Positions 35,890 through 49,703 of a stretch of DNA of 64,000 nt are shown piece after piece. The stretch is from Hydrolagus colliei (taxonomy: Eukaryota), in the NCBI GenBank assembly GCA_035084275.1, contig CM068744.1, forward strand, positions 102,362,001-102,426,000, written 5' to 3'. Position numbers and translations under genes: made by a program. Under the pieces are notes generated by a model. The model was not told the origin of the DNA. It saw nothing but the letters and a program-made list of their open reading frames with translations, and did not search any database. Position 1 is the first letter of the stretch, and each line of letters begins with the position of its first letter.

Positions 35890-36830
35890 ATGGGAACATA
35901 AGAATAGGAGTAGGTCATTCAGCCCTTCAAGCCTGTTAGAACATAAGAATTAGGAGCAGGAGTAGGCCATTCGGCCACTCGAGCCTGCCCCGCCACTCAA
36001 TAAGATCATGGCTGATCTTCTAATCTAACTCCACCTACCCGCCTTATCCCCATATCCCTTAATCCCTTTATCCACAAGTAATCTATCAATCTCAGTCTTG
36101 AATATGTTCAATGACTGAGCATCTACAGCCCTTTGGGGTAGAAAATTCCATAAATTCACCTCTGAGTGAAGAAGTTTTTCCTCAACTCAGTGCAAAAAGG
36201 CTGACCCCTAATTTTAAAACTGTGACCCCTGGTTATAGTTTCTCCAACCAGAGGAAACAGTCTCCCACTATCTATTCTGTTGTGCCGCTTAATAATCTTA
36301 TAGGTTTCTATAAAATCACTTCTGATTCTTCTATATTCTAGAGAATATAGGCCTAGATCATTCAACCTATCTTCATAGCTCATCCTCTTCATCCCAGGTA
36401 CCAACCTAGTGAATCTACATTGTACCCCTTCCAAGGCGAGTACATCCTTTCTTAAATAAGGAGACGAAAACTTCACGCAATATTCTAGGTGCGGTCTCAC
36501 CAGAGCCCTATCCAGTTGCAGCAAGACTTCCCTACTCTTATATTCTAACCCTTTTGTAACGAATGCGAACATACCGTTAGCCTTCCTAGCTGCTTGCTGT
36601 ACCTGCAAACTAACTTTTTGTGACTGGTTTACAAGGACACCCAAGTCGCTCTGAGTGCTAACACTATCTCATCTCTCCCCTTCTAAAAAATAATCTACTG
36701 TTTTACCACCTAGGTGGATGACTTCACACTTCCCTACATAACACTTCATCTGCCATCTACTTGCCCATTCACCTAGCCTATCTATATCGCGTTGCATTTT
36801 TTAAAATGTCATTCTCGATGTTTACTCTCC
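35890..36830 (-). mobile_element. CR1 LINE 3' fragment (same subfamily as 4914) with a second stacked CR1 tail at about 35890-35936
   Basis: ORF 36156-36644 RALVRPHLEYCVKF..YSLEYRRIRSDFIETYKII..FFTQR; gaacataagaa tail seen twice. Confidence 0.93.
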
Positions 36831-36909
36831 CTTCTAGTTTAGTGTCATCCACGAATTTGGGTATTTTAAGTTTGATCTTCTCATCTGGATCGTTGATATG
36901 TTCCACAAA

Positions 36910-37820
36910 TTAATTAGGTCAAGGCTGATCTGTACCTCAACTAATCCTTTCAATTCCAATTTCCTGCTTTCTCCCCAATATCCCTTAATATCCCAACTTA
37001 CTAAAAATCTATCACCCTTATTCTTGAAGGCATGGATGGATCCAGCATCCATGACATTTTAGGGGAAAGAATTCCAGATTTCCACTACCATTTGAGAGAA
37101 AAAATGCTTCCTGATTTTACCCTTAAATGGCTGGTTCTAATTTTAAGACTATGCCCCCTGGTTTGGGATTTCCCCCACCAGAGGAAATAGCTTCTCTGTA
37201 TCCACCTTTTCGAATCCCTTTATCATTTTCAATAGCACACTCAAATCACGTTTCTAAACTCAGGGGAATTCAATCCAAGTTTATGCAACCTTTCCTTGTA
37301 ACTTAACCCCTTTAGGCCCGGTAACATTCTGGTGAACCTGCGCTGCACCCCCTCGAAGAGCCAATACATCTTTCTTGAAGTGTGGAGCTGAAAACTGAAG
37401 GCAGCATTCCAGGTGGGGTCTGACTAAGGCTCTAATACAACTGAAACATCATTTCTTCCCCTTTGTATTCCAGGCCCCTCGAGATACAGGCCAACATTCC
37501 ATGGCCTTTTTGATTACTTTTTGTGAATATGGACACCCAAGTCTCTTTGATCCTCAACATTTCTTAATATCTCCCATTCAGAAAATATTCTGCTTTAACT
37601 TTTTTCGGTCCATGATGGATGACCTCTCACTTCCCTGTGTGGAACTCCATCTATCACAGCTTTTCCCACTCATTTCATCTGTTTAAGTCCCTATGTAACT
37701 TCCTGCACTAGTTACTGAGCTTCCTATCTTAGTGTTGTCTGCAAACTTGGATGTAATACTTTCTAATGCGCTAATCCAAGTCATTTATATTCATGGTAAA
37801 TAGCTGAGGTCCCAGTACAA
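36910..37820 (-). mobile_element. Older CR1 fragment
   Basis: Same motif order on the minus strand (tttgcagacaacactaag, FADDT-like; cagaccccacctggaatgctg; gggcatagtcttaaaatt). Confidence 0.8.
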
Positions 37821-40304
37821 AGGTCACTGTTCCCCCTTTCTTGCTGGTCTATTCCTCTTATTATTTTAATAACTTCAATCAGATCACACCCTGTCCTCCT
37901 CAGATCTAGTGAATATATAACTCAAGCCTCTCCATTACTCTGATTGATCTCAATGCAGCTATTATGCCACAATCGTTTTAACTTGACTTGATCCATGTTT
38001 GCTTTTGGAGTGCCATGTGTTTCAACTTCTTACAGGCATTTTTGTTGAATAGTTCCATTTGCTATGAAGTCAATAGCGTCACAGATTTTGTATTATAGTC
38101 GTCACGACTTCAAGCACCAGCTATTTCAAATAGGTTGCACAATATCTACCTCAAAGACATTCAGTATCTGTGCTGGATGAATGAGGATATATTGGTTTCC
38201 TTCTTCGCTACTGCCATCAGATTGCATTACATTCCTTCTGTGGTATTTGCTCACTTTTCTTGGAAAACTGGGTTGTTGTGTTCCATCCTTTATTGCCATC
38301 TAGTGGTTTACAATGACTAATCTTCGCATTGTGATCAATACAAAATCTGTCCACCTTACCTCCAGCAGGATAGCAAAACTGCTTCCCTCTCTTTTGTGTG
38401 AATAATTAGCTCCAAATATTGTGACATTTATTGTGTCAAAATCTTATTTTGTTCCCGTGTGTCCCCTGTGATAGCGCTCAGTTTGTTACATGCAGTTTTA
38501 TGAATGTATGATTGTTATGGCCCAATGTTTCTCTTGCCTCTAGTGCCTATATTTGTGAGCTCTCCTATGTTTTGCCTATATCCAAGAAGCCTATTGGGAT
38601 CATGGTTGAGTTTATCACACTATTTCTCCAAGCAGGAAGCAGGAGAGCTCATGATAGTATCAGCAAAAGTACACATAGTTGCTGAATCATAATGCTAAGT
38701 ATTACACGTATCTAGCACATGAGCTTTATCCAATCAGTTTAAATATATTGAATTGATTTTTACATTGCTCTTTTTCATGCGCTGACCATATGGGATTTCC
38801 TGATGTTGCTGTTATTGCAATGAACCTCTGTCTAGTTTTGGTACCAATCAAGCATATCATGGTTACATTCGGCATCCTGATAGAATAATATGTTATTATT
38901 CTGTTTTCGGCAGAAAAGTAGATAAAATTACACAAGACCTTTTTTGATCTCATACTTTTAGAATACACACCCTGCCGTCCTCTGTGATAGTATCAAGCTA
39001 TTTTTCAAATAAATCCTAATTTCTTGACCTCAATCACGCTTCCTGGTAACAACAACAATAAATTACATTTATATAGCGCCTTTCACATCAGGAGGGCATG
39101 CCAAGGCACGGAAGCCTGCTCCCACAGTTCATAACCTGTGCTGTTCTGGGTTTATTTTCCCATTTAAAATGTTATATAGCTCTATGATCTTCTCTGTTCC
39201 TCTTAAGCCTTTTCAATCTCCTAAGAAAGCCACAAAACTTTATGATCTCCTCATCTAAGTCCCAAAATGAAGTTGGTCAGCACGTCAAGCAAACTAGGAG
39301 AATGATAAGAGAATCCCATGTTTTGTTCGTTCTGTGCATTTGTTGATCCTGGAATGTTGCACAAAACATTTCTGGATTGTTCCTTCCCTTTGCTGTGTGC
39401 TGGCTGTTTGTTTCACAGATGTGCAGTTTATTACAGATTTATCAGCAAGCCACGAAGCTGCACAGAGCATTCTTTAAAACATCCTGATATATATTTCGCT
39501 GTTTGATAATATGCTGCTCGCGTCTCTCACCTTCTCTGTGTCACCTTGTGTCACAAACCATGGAATAGATCCATCACACAACATTAAATGGACTTGTATA
39601 TCTAGAATGCAGACTCTAGTTTGATCCATTGAACAAATAACCGAATGCAAGAAAGAAATATTATATAGATTGTTGCATCTGTTTTAGTTCAACGCATAAC
39701 ATGGCTGTAGAATATCTAACATAGGAAAGGAAAACGTGGGCTTATCATTCAAATCATTGCTATCTGGAATGATTCTCCTCCTCTGAGCTGATCTGTTTTG
39801 ATGTCGACTTTTAACATATTGGATGGATGATTACCTGCACAATGCTGAATAACAATTGTCCTTAATACCATTTCAAGTATCAGTATCAATGCTGACAGCA
39901 TCAATATTTCTCTTGAAGTATGGAGATCTGAGTCTCAATGCCTCAAGTCATTTGAAGAGCTTACGGTTGGGCAGTGTTTGTATCTTTTGGTGTCTGGAGT
40001 GTAAATGCATTATCTATCATGAGAAAACAAACAGCACCCTTCACGTGGCTAGTATTTCAGAGCAATTAACAGTGGTGTGGTCTCAGCAGACCATTTAGAC
40101 GTAGCTGTCAGCATTGAGTGTCTGATTTAACCATTGCACCACACCAGTTGGACACATAGTGTGTGGAGCCGAAGATTCGAATGTGCGGAGCCAAGGACCC
40201 GAGTGTGTGGAGCTGAGTGTGAAGGAGGGGGTGGGGGGGGTGCAAGGAAAATTTTGCTGGATTAGGTGGGGGCGTCGCTATTCAAGGTTCGGAAGCCACT
40301 GCTG

Positions 40305-40630
40305 TACGGGATTGGTTAGACACTCACTTCACAGGAGAGAACCTGGGTTTGATTCCCGAGCCGAGCATATCTCTGTTTATTTAGCAGTATGTAGGAATCT
40401 GTTCGTTAGTCGTTTGGCAGGTCGCTTTCTGGCAGTAATAATCCTGTTTTAAAAAATTAGTTTGGTCACTCAATCCAGGACTGCTCGCAGAACACTGCTA
40501 TGCACAATTGGCTACTGAATTTCACCCACCAAATATGTAGTCAATGTACTTTATAGTATATTCTGTGAAATACTTTGAATGTCTCAAAGATGTGATAAGG
40601 CGCTACATCAAATGCAAGGATTAGTATTAA
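40305..40630 (+). mobile_element. tRNA-derived SINE
   Basis: ggttagacactcac...gggtttgattccc; body and tail as in 42672. Confidence 0.78.
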
Positions 40631-41689
40631 TGGCTGAATTCCCTTGACCACAAGTGACAGAAACAATGGAAATCGTACTCAACTATATCACATTAACATC
40701 TGGGCATTTGGAGACCACAGTGCTGGTTAATGGTCTTAAATAGTTGAGGAGTTGAAGGAAAAAATATAAGTGGGTAACTCTATCGTAGTTTACCATCCTG
40801 AAAATCATCAGCCCAGTAAAAGAAAAGTCAGGGGTTGTACTTTCTTATACATATTAACTTAGTACAGTATATGAAACAAGCTTGTTATAAGATGGATACT
40901 ATCACATGGGAAAATTTAATCTTTAGCGCAAATTTACATGAAGCTAAAAACAGAATTAAAGACTAAGACAGAAGGTTCTGTCGAGAGGGTAAATCATAAT
41001 ATGTGTCTGGTAGAATGTGCATCTATTAATCTGCGACCTTCATCTACATGGGAGAAGACACCAGCTGCCCTTTACATTAGAGGGTACATTTGTCAGGCTG
41101 ACCCAGGCATACAGCCAGAACAAGCAGTCTTGTCACTGCCTAAGCTGCGCTGTTCACTAATTGAATTAAATTCTGAATCATCTCATTGAGAGTGGAGCTT
41201 TGCAGTGAGCCAAATCATACAGGCAGACAGGCTGGGTCAGAATAGCAGAGCATTGAGGAATGAGGAGCATCCTCTTATAAATCTCATTTACCTCTCAGAT
41301 TGCTGAGCACATTTTCTTATACTGACATTGAATCTGCGAGGAATCTGTGTTTTGTTCCACCCTCAACTCATTGAAATATTGCATGATAAAAGCTCCGGGT
41401 ATTAACCTTATAGATGACTTCTATCTGATCTTGTTTATATCAATGAAATTAATTAATAATCAATTATTAATCTTCTAGAAACATTTCTTCTCAACCAAGG
41501 TATATGATGAAGAACGAGGGATTCTCTCATACCTTGGTTCTAACATTTAGACTTTGGCTGAAGAGGAACCAAGCATCTAAAGCTCCCTAAAGCGAAATCT
41601 AAAATCAAGATCCAATTATACCCCAGTAATTGATTGAGTTAAAAAATAATCGTATTTATAATCTTTAAAACATGAGATAAAAATACAGT

Positions 41690-41825
41690 CAAAAAGCAAA
41701 ATACTTCAGATGCTGGAAACCTGAAACGAAAACAGAGGTCGCTGGGATAACTCAGCAGGCCAGACAGCATCTATTGAGAAAGGAAAGTGAATTCATGTTC
41801 ATGTTCTAACCCTTTGTTAGAACTG
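41690..41825. mobile_element. Single arm of the 28528 palindromic repeat family
   Basis: gatgctggaaacctgaaac.aaaacagaggtcgctggga.aactcagcagg..agacagcatctat.gagaaaggaaagtgaatt matches the 28540-28625 arm. Confidence 0.75.
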
Positions 41826-42671
41826 GGACATGTTGGGAAGGCCTCTCCCTCCCAACATAAAATTGCAGGTTGTTTTAAATCACTCTGGAGGTCTAGTGCA
41901 TTGTTTCTAATGATGGAAAACCTATCTAAACGGAAGACCAGTATCTGAAAGGAAGTCTATAGATTCTCCACAGAAAGGGAATCTGCCTGTCAGTAGTGTT
42001 AACTTCGACCTACGACCAAATGCTTATTCTGTCTACGTCCATTGTCTTGTTTTGTTTTCCTTTCTATGATTATTTGAAATCCGTTGAGCTCTTTCACTTT
42101 AGTCTTCCATGATTTCATATTTGCTTCTTTCATTCACCTCTTTCCTCTCTATCTCCCTATTTCATTTCTCCCCTGCCCCAGATGATGATTTTGCTTAGTG
42201 GAAGCTTACTGCACATATGGTGTATCAAACTGTCTCTCTCACTGTTGCGCAGAGATGGTTGACTGGCCTTCAAAGTTCTGCTGATGGTACTTATTAATGA
42301 TATTTTGCATTTTCCCATGTGGCTTTGACATGGCAGTGTGGACATGCAATCTTCTGAAATTATGCTTATTCAACATGTATGCATACAATGCTACCAGAGG
42401 ATAACAGAATGGTGATTTTACTGCCAGCAACAGGCAACACCCCTCAATATGAACGTTAAAATTCCTCAAAAGAAAGAGTGTCAAATCAAGCTGAGGATTT
42501 ATGATTTCCCTACCACCCCACACCAGCGAAATTTGGTTGAAGGGCTTAAGGGTATACAAACCAGACTGAGAGGTCCACATCTGTATGCTATTAAGATATT
42601 CTAACTCTTAGAAATGCAAGATAGCCATTATATTGTTACTACAACTGATTTTGACATTTGGTCACCATAAT

Positions 42672-43034
42672 GGCGTCCTGCAGCTCAGTGGTTAGAGCAC
42701 TCGCCTCGCAAGGGGGAGACCCGGGCTTGATTCCGAGCAGGACAAAATGGTGGGCAACTTTCCTTACTCCACACGTCTCTGTTTACCTCGTGGTAAGTAG
42801 GAACCAGGATGTCTGTCGATGGCGGATTGCTTTTCTGAGAGGCAATAATTCTTTCAAAAAAAATTGATTGCTCAATCCATGACTGTTTGTGGGACACTGC
42901 TGTGCGCAATTGGCTGCCGCATTTCACCCACAAAATATACAGTCAATTCACGTTACAGTATATTCTGTGAAACGCTTTGAGACGTCTCAAAGATGGGATA
43001 AGGCACTATATCAAATGCAAGGATTATTATTATT
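42672..43034 (+). mobile_element. Full-length tRNA-derived SINE with Deu-like core, 116 bp upstream of the SYNDIG1 exon 2 acceptor
   Basis: A-box-like cagctcagtgg, B-box-like ggcttgattcc, core gactgtttgtgggacactgctgtgcgcaattggctgccgc, and L2-like tail ending (ATT)n. Confidence 0.92.
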
Positions 43035-43216
43035 GGCAACCTGAACGGAGGCAGGGTTGGAAGATAGGATTGGAGACAATTGAATAACATGGTGCTTTAT
43101 TGTTATATATTTTAACAATACTAATATATCACTCCAACTTTTTTTGATAGGAAGAAGATATAAATCAGATGTGGACTCTACTTTGATATCTTTTTAATCC
43201 TCTGCAAAAGAAATCC

Positions 43217-43717
43217 ATGGAAAGTTTAAAAAAGATGGAAAATCCCATGGATCAGAGTAAAGGCTTGAGCTACAAAAACAGTCTGGAACCTGCGAAGAGG
43301 AATGGCCTGATCAACACTAAAAACTTGATGGCAGATACCAAAGATGGGCTGGTATCTCTCTACTCAGCTCCTCAGTACCACGGACATATTGTGGGCAATT
43401 TTTCACCCCAGAACTTTGGGGAAAGGAGCAAAAGTGACTCAAACCAGCAACAGCTGCTCGACCCTAGTATGTTACCACAGACAGTGGATTCCCATTATCG
43501 ACCTAACATAATTTTGTACTCGGAGAGCATGCTGAGGTCCTGGGGTGAGAACATCAGTACTGACTGTTGTGAAACTACTTTCATTGAGAGCAGATCCCCC
43601 ACCAAGGATACCATGGACTACACAGACAGCAAATTTATAGATCTGTCAGCCGAGGACATCAAAGTCCACACTCTATCTTATGACGTGGAAGACGACGAGG
43701 AGTTTCAAGAACTAGAG
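43217..43717 (+). CDS. SYNDIG1: SYNDIG1 coding exon 1 (gene exon 2; exon begins 43151 after tttttgatAG)
   Basis: Translation contains KRNGLINTKNLMA...QQLLDP...YRPNIILYSE..LRSWG...DCCETTFIE.RSPTKD...KFIDLSAEDIKVHTLSYDVEDDEEFQELE, matching the vertebrate SYNDIG1 N-terminal region as recalled. Ends GAG|GTAAGA (donor 43718), phase 0. First ATG is 43217; the ATG at 43235 aligns with the mammalian start. Confidence 0.97.
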
Positions 43718-46189
43718 GTAAGATTATCTTAAATAGTCACTGAAGAAAGTACAACAATGTTTCAGTTTATTTTGTCACTTATGGTATAAAAATATATTAA
43801 GAATCCTGGATAGATAGCTTTTTTCCCTTAGGAACTGGGAACAGAATAAAGCTCATGCTGACAAAACCAAGATCTTTTGTATAGAATTCAACACTTTGCC
43901 AAATTCTGGACACTCATAACATGTTACATAGAGTATAACCAGGTAAAATTTCTCCCTGAAAACTCACTGACGGGTTGACTCATTTCAAGTTCCTTTCCAA
44001 TACCATGCAGAACTGATCAAAGCCAAACAATTACACTGAAACCGGATTGGCAAATTCCCAAGTTAACTGAAGTGCTACATAATGTCCTACCAGTTCGCGA
44101 AGAAAATCATTGCTTTTTTACCCGACTGAAAATAAACACAGTCCGTGATGATCTGAGTCAGGATTTTCGTAATTGCTGTGTGGGCAGCAGTGTAGGAAAA
44201 GCTGAAGAGGTTATTTTGGAGCGTGTCATTACTGTCAAAGAACTGCGGCAGGTTTTCTCACTTTGCTGCAAAGACATAACTTTGTGCAAATTGCCTGCCG
44301 CATTCACCTACAAAACACACAGACACTACACTTGACAGTAAAATCCTGTGAAGCATTTTTTGACATCTTGAATAAGTAATAAGGCACTACATCAAATACA
44401 AAGATTGTTGTTTTATCATTATTATGTAAAGCGATATAGAAAAAATCTGTATTCTATCAGAATGATAATTTGACCCAGAAATCAAAGATTTCCATCAGAT
44501 TTTTAAATCTGGCAGCAGTCCACTGTGTTACATATGATATATAAAGAGCCAAGTAGCCTATAAGATCCATTTGCAGCATAAAATGTAATTGTAGCTCGGG
44601 AGTTCGGCTTCATTCGATCAGCTCCTGATCTTAGCCAAACCCTCGGGTATGCCCTGAAGGTAAAACTTAGGAAGCTCACTTCAGGGATAGCTAGGTAGGC
44701 AGAAAGTGAAATTTCCGCTCCATAACTCACTGAAACATTGACTGACTCATCCCAAGCTCATTTCCAATACAATACAGAAATGATCAAAGCCAAACAATTA
44801 CACTAAAACCAGATTGGTACAGGGCATCTCTTCACACATTTGTTCAGAGACATTTTCACTTCCAATAGAAGATATGATATACTTTGCATACTGAACTTTA
44901 TTTGCCAGTGATTAGTACAGGTGTGAGCCCTTGTTGAGTTCTCTTTGGAAGATCTTGACTGTCTCCTTTCATTCAACAGCTTGGTGTGATCTAGCTTGGT
45001 GTGATCTGCAGATTTATCTCTCTTCAACTGAGTCTTCAGTCTGAGTATGCGGAAAACACCATTTCTGTATACTCAGAAGATTGCCCTGCTTTCAATACCA
45101 CTCCTAATTCAACCTAACTCCTCTTAAAACTACATTGACTTATTTTTGCCTAGTTACTAATCCATGCCCATATTTAACAATTGATACCACTGATATCTAA
45201 CGGTTTTAGATTGTAAAGGAGTTGCTTATATCAAAAACATATCAAAAGTGTAAGCATATCAGTTTGCCATCCCTTATATCATGTGGAGTGTTTTGAGGCA
45301 TCCTTGAATGTAAAAGCCACTATATCCACTCTAAGGATTATTATTATTGTTACTATTGGTTAAGTGTTGTTTAAAGCACTTTTCGAAGCGCTCTTGGACT
45401 CTGTTCGGCATGGAGGGCATTATATAAATCCAAGTTGTTGTTGTTGTTGTTGTTGTGGTGGAACCGGGATTCAGAGCGATTGGTCCACCACTTGAACCAG
45501 TTTTACACTGTAACGTTTGTGTAACTTAAGCGTTATGTGTGGTGAAAAAAGTTGCATAATTACTTATTCGCAGCTGGAAGATGCATTACATCCTCCTAGC
45601 TGCTCTCTTCAGGAGAAACTTTGGACCCTTCTCTAATTTAGTCTTAATTTGAAAATCAATTTACTGTAGCTTATTTGAGGAATCGTGTGAAATTCACATA
45701 CTGTGAAATGTGGAGTTTCTCCCCCCAGGAAAGTCCAGGTTCTAGCTTCTGGGCACCACAATGGTATAGATCACCTCTACGCGAATATTTTGCTTTATCT
45801 ATTCAGTAAAGTTTGGCTTTTAAACTTCCACTGATTCCATTGAGTTGGCTGCACAATTCCTGGCTCCCAGCGGCGATCACATTTGGAGATCGCAGGTGTT
45901 TGCGATGAGTAGACCTGACAAGTGTCAAATCAGAGGAGGAGGCATTCATTTTGCTTTTGAGGATGCAACTAAGTCTGATGGATGTCATTGTGAGAAATTA
46001 AGAAGGCATGAGATGTTCAAATGGGTTTGCAAACTGTGCCGCCAATTGTAAATCTCAGCACTGACATTTCTGCAGCTATATTAATATGAATATTCAATAT
46101 GAATACACCTATTATTAATATGAATTATTCAATATGAATACACCTTACATCCCAGGTTTCATACACTTTTGCTTTCTCTTACCTCCCCA

Positions 46190-46840
46190 ACATCATCCCT
46201 TCTATCAACTCTCCCTCAAGGCCCTCATCCTTCCATGTATCACCTCGGGCTTGACTGTTATTGTCACCTTCTACTCAGCTCCTCCCTACACTAGCCACAG
46301 ACTATCCACTACTCTGTTCAGCACCTTGAAATGTCCTCCCAATGTGAAAGGTGCTTTACAAACGTAATTTTGTATTGTATTATACTCTCCAATCCGTGTC
46401 ATGTCCTCTGGTAGGTTCTGTGATCTTACTACCTTTATCTACCCTGAGCATCACGGGCTCCCCATCCCTCAAGAGCTGCAAATCCAGATTCGCATCCTCA
46501 CTTTCAAGTGCCTGCACGGCCTCACTCCTCCCTGAAACCTCCAATAGTCCCACCACAAGTGGCCACTCTCTCCCTTTAGCAAACATATCTCCCACCCTCT
46601 CCACCCCACCAACAGTGGATGAGATGTTCAGCATTCTCCCCCCTCCTCTTCTTTCCACCTTTTGGCATCACTCTCTGCCTTTACAAACATATCACTTCCA
46701 CCTTGCTTTTGCCCATCTAAACACCGGCCCTCATTCCTCCCCAGCACCCAGCTCAGACTCCCAGTCAGCTGTGGGAATCTCTTTGAGAATTCCTTCCCTG
46801 ATATGAAAGACACTATAATAAATGTAAATTGCTGCTGCTG
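46190..46840 (+). mobile_element. Degenerate L2 fragments
   Basis: gtgaaaggtgctttacaaa and atcctcactttcaagtgcctgcacggcct motifs; tail ataaatgtaaattgctgctg. Confidence 0.6.
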
Positions 46841-49289
46841 ATGATGATCAGAATATGATTAATGTGATGTCGACTCTGTAGGTACAATGCTCTATATGCA
46901 CTGGATCATAATAGTAATACTTGCATTTTATATAGCACTTTTCACATCTTCTAGACACCATTTGCACGATTAAGCGTGTTTCCCAGTAGAGGAGCCCATT
47001 GGCAAAGTACAGTACACACCAAATAGATCTCATGTAGCTGTCCAGCTGAATAGGTGATGCTGCTTAGAAGTAGTGTTGATACAGACTTTTTCATTTCTGC
47101 TCAGAGAATTGGCTTTTTTTTAACCTTGCCAGAATTAGGCAGGAATTCCCTCACATGTATTTACTGTTCATTTGGAATGGAAGCAAACTCAGAAAATAAA
47201 TGAAGAGCTCACATGGACCTCACCAATTATAGCTGTAGACCTGTTTATCATCCACCTTCTTACTCCAATAAGTAAGAAGTTCTTGGCTTGTTGTGTTTTT
47301 CTCCAACCTTAGATTTCTTCACAGTGAAACCCATTCCCCAAGTAGGTGGAAGGAAGCTTTCCATGCTCACTATTGCAGGAAATCTGAAGTGGCAAACATA
47401 TTCCATTTCCACAGTTCTTATGCTGTTGTAAAAGTCAATTGACTGTGCAGGTGTGCAGGAAGGGAAGACTGAGGGTGTTGAGGAGTTCCACTGATTTCAT
47501 ATCCTGCAAGGATACGTTTCAGAAGCTGATAAGAGCAGTGCGTTTTGATTTTAACTGTGGGCAGGCAAATAGGAGGACAATATAAACAGAGCTTGGGTGC
47601 AACAGGAAAGTTAAAAGTTGAAGGTTGATGATAGTAGCAATGCTAACATCAAGAAAGACAAGTTAAGAGAACAAATTTGAATGTCTGAGGTACCACTAAT
47701 ACCAAAGTTCACTCACAACTTCCGATTTGTATTTGATATAGGCTACAGAGAAATTGTGGATCCCTGGAATGATGTGATGGATGAGATATTCCAGAGTGAT
47801 ATAATATAATAGTAATCCTTGCATTTAATATAGAAACTATAATGTCAGGGCAATGTCTTGAAATGCTCCAGAAGATTTTATTATAAAGTGTGGTGACTGT
47901 GTATTTTGTAAATGAATGAGCACATGTTACACGATTTGTAGGCAAACCATCGTGTTGATCCTTTTGTTCCTACAATCACACAAAGCCCTTGCGTTGTAAT
48001 GTTATTCTGGAATTTATCACCTGTTGTATTATTGGGAAAAAGTGAAGTCAGGCACAACTTCATTAAATGGGGCTGTCTTTATTATTTATCAGATGATTGT
48101 GTGAAAAACAGTGAACACCACAAAACCAGACCTTCTTCCATCGTTATTCTGTTGACAGTTTGTCTCCTGCTCCCAAGCAAAAGCAAACCCTCTTGCCTGC
48201 GTCTGTCTACGTTTTCCGATTCTGTATTCCTGTAAAGTATCCCTATCGGGTCGCTCTCATTACCTCGTACTTTCAATTGAAACATGTACTCAGAAAAAAA
48301 TCATGGTATTAGTTACAATACACACATGCTCAATTAATGATTTTCTGCACAACATTTCTGCTCAACTTTGCTTCTCACACCCATTGCAAGGAATTGTTGG
48401 GAAGAGGGTTCTAGATTTGTTCTTTTGGTGTGACCTTTAAGAGCATGCAGAATTTGGCAAAATCTTAAATACAGCCCTACATCCTGAAGGCAGTTGTCGG
48501 TGGGTGGGTGTAAGAACTACAGCAAACCAACTTCAAAAGTAATCCTTAATTCCAATTGTTTGCCAAATTCTGAGTTCTAAAATGCTTCAGAAATAAGAGT
48601 AAATCGGCCAGATTTCAAGCGTCACCGATGCTAAGTACGCCAAGATGCCACCCCTTGTGAAAGGTGCTATATAAATGCAAGTTGTTGTTGTAAATTTAGG
48701 CCCACATGGAATTTCTCCACAACCATAACATGCATTTATATAGTACCCTTCACATAAGGTAACATCTCAGAGCACTTTGAAGCGAACTCTCCACTTGTAA
48801 TTTAGCATTATGTCTGTATGGCATATATAACATGTTCTATAACAACATGATGCATAAACTGCAAGTAGAAAGCATTTGTGCTGTTTGCAAAGTTTAGAGA
48901 ATTTGTCACGTTGTGCTTATAAATAGTTGTGTGCAGTTTTGCATGCACCATTTAATTTAACATTTATGTTATTTATAATTTAAAATATGTACTGTGGTTA
49001 TTTATATTTGCACAGTGACAAATCTTCTAAGCTGAACTGAATAAACAGACCAGGATTTTTTTTTAAAAACCTCATATTTTTATAGCTCTTTATCACACTG
49101 AAATGGTTCAGAGCATTTCATAAGTAATTATCACCAGGTGCCGTGACTATTTCTGAGGCAAAAACGACAAGACAATTTGGCTCCAGCGAAATCTCACGAA
49201 TATCTATGAGGCGAATAATTAATTAATGTAGAGGCTTATTAGCTAGGATTTTCCCTTTGTCATAGGATATTTAATGTCAAAATAATCCT

Positions 49290-49540
49290 TAATAATTCTT
49301 ACAGCCTATCACAATATCTCACAGAGCTTTACTGTAAAGCAGAGTGACTGTATATATATATATGTGTATATGCCCAGCAATGTTCTGCAAACAGCCGTCA
49401 GGTGAATGACCAAGTTTATTTGGAAGGTGGTCATGCAGGACACTGCGAGAAATACTCTTCTTTTTTGAGTAGTGTTGTGGGATCTTTAACAGTATAGTCC
49501 CCACGTTCTCTCTCTCACTGACAGAACCTCTTTTAAACAT
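49290..49540 (-). mobile_element. Old DeuSINE remnant abutting the exon 3 acceptor region
   Basis: caggacactgcgagaaatactcttcttttttgagtagtgttgtgggatctttaac resembles the reverse complement of the Deu domain. Confidence 0.5.
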
Positions 49541-49565
49541 GTCTGTGCCTTTTCATCCTGTGCAG

Positions 49566-49703
49566 AGCGATTACTCAAGTGAGACAGAAAGCGAAGACAA
49601 TTTCCTGATGATGCCGCCCAGGGATCACTTGGGGCTCAGTGTCTTCTCCATGCTCTGCTGCTTCTGGCCTTTGGGAATCGCTGCCTTTTATCTTTCACAT
49701 GAG
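49566..49703 (+). CDS. SYNDIG1: SYNDIG1 coding exon 2 (gene exon 3), start of CD225 domain
   Basis: tgcAG|AGC GAT TAC...CAT GAG|GTAAGT; 138 nt encoding [46 protein letters not shown], with the CD225 CC-F-WPLG motif. Not present in the ORF track; found by reading the sequence. Confidence 0.97.

Noticed and set aside
40160-40301. Possible hAT-Charlie-like terminus ggttcggaagccactg with short ggagcc repeats
   Set aside because: Only one plausible end and no matching TSD found.
42672-42745. tRNA-like sequence with A/B boxes
   Set aside because: SINE head that continues into the family body; no complete cloverleaf. The same applies to the other copies.
43718-43732. ORF track extension VRLS* after FQELE
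   Set aside because: Read-through into the intron; the donor is at 43718.
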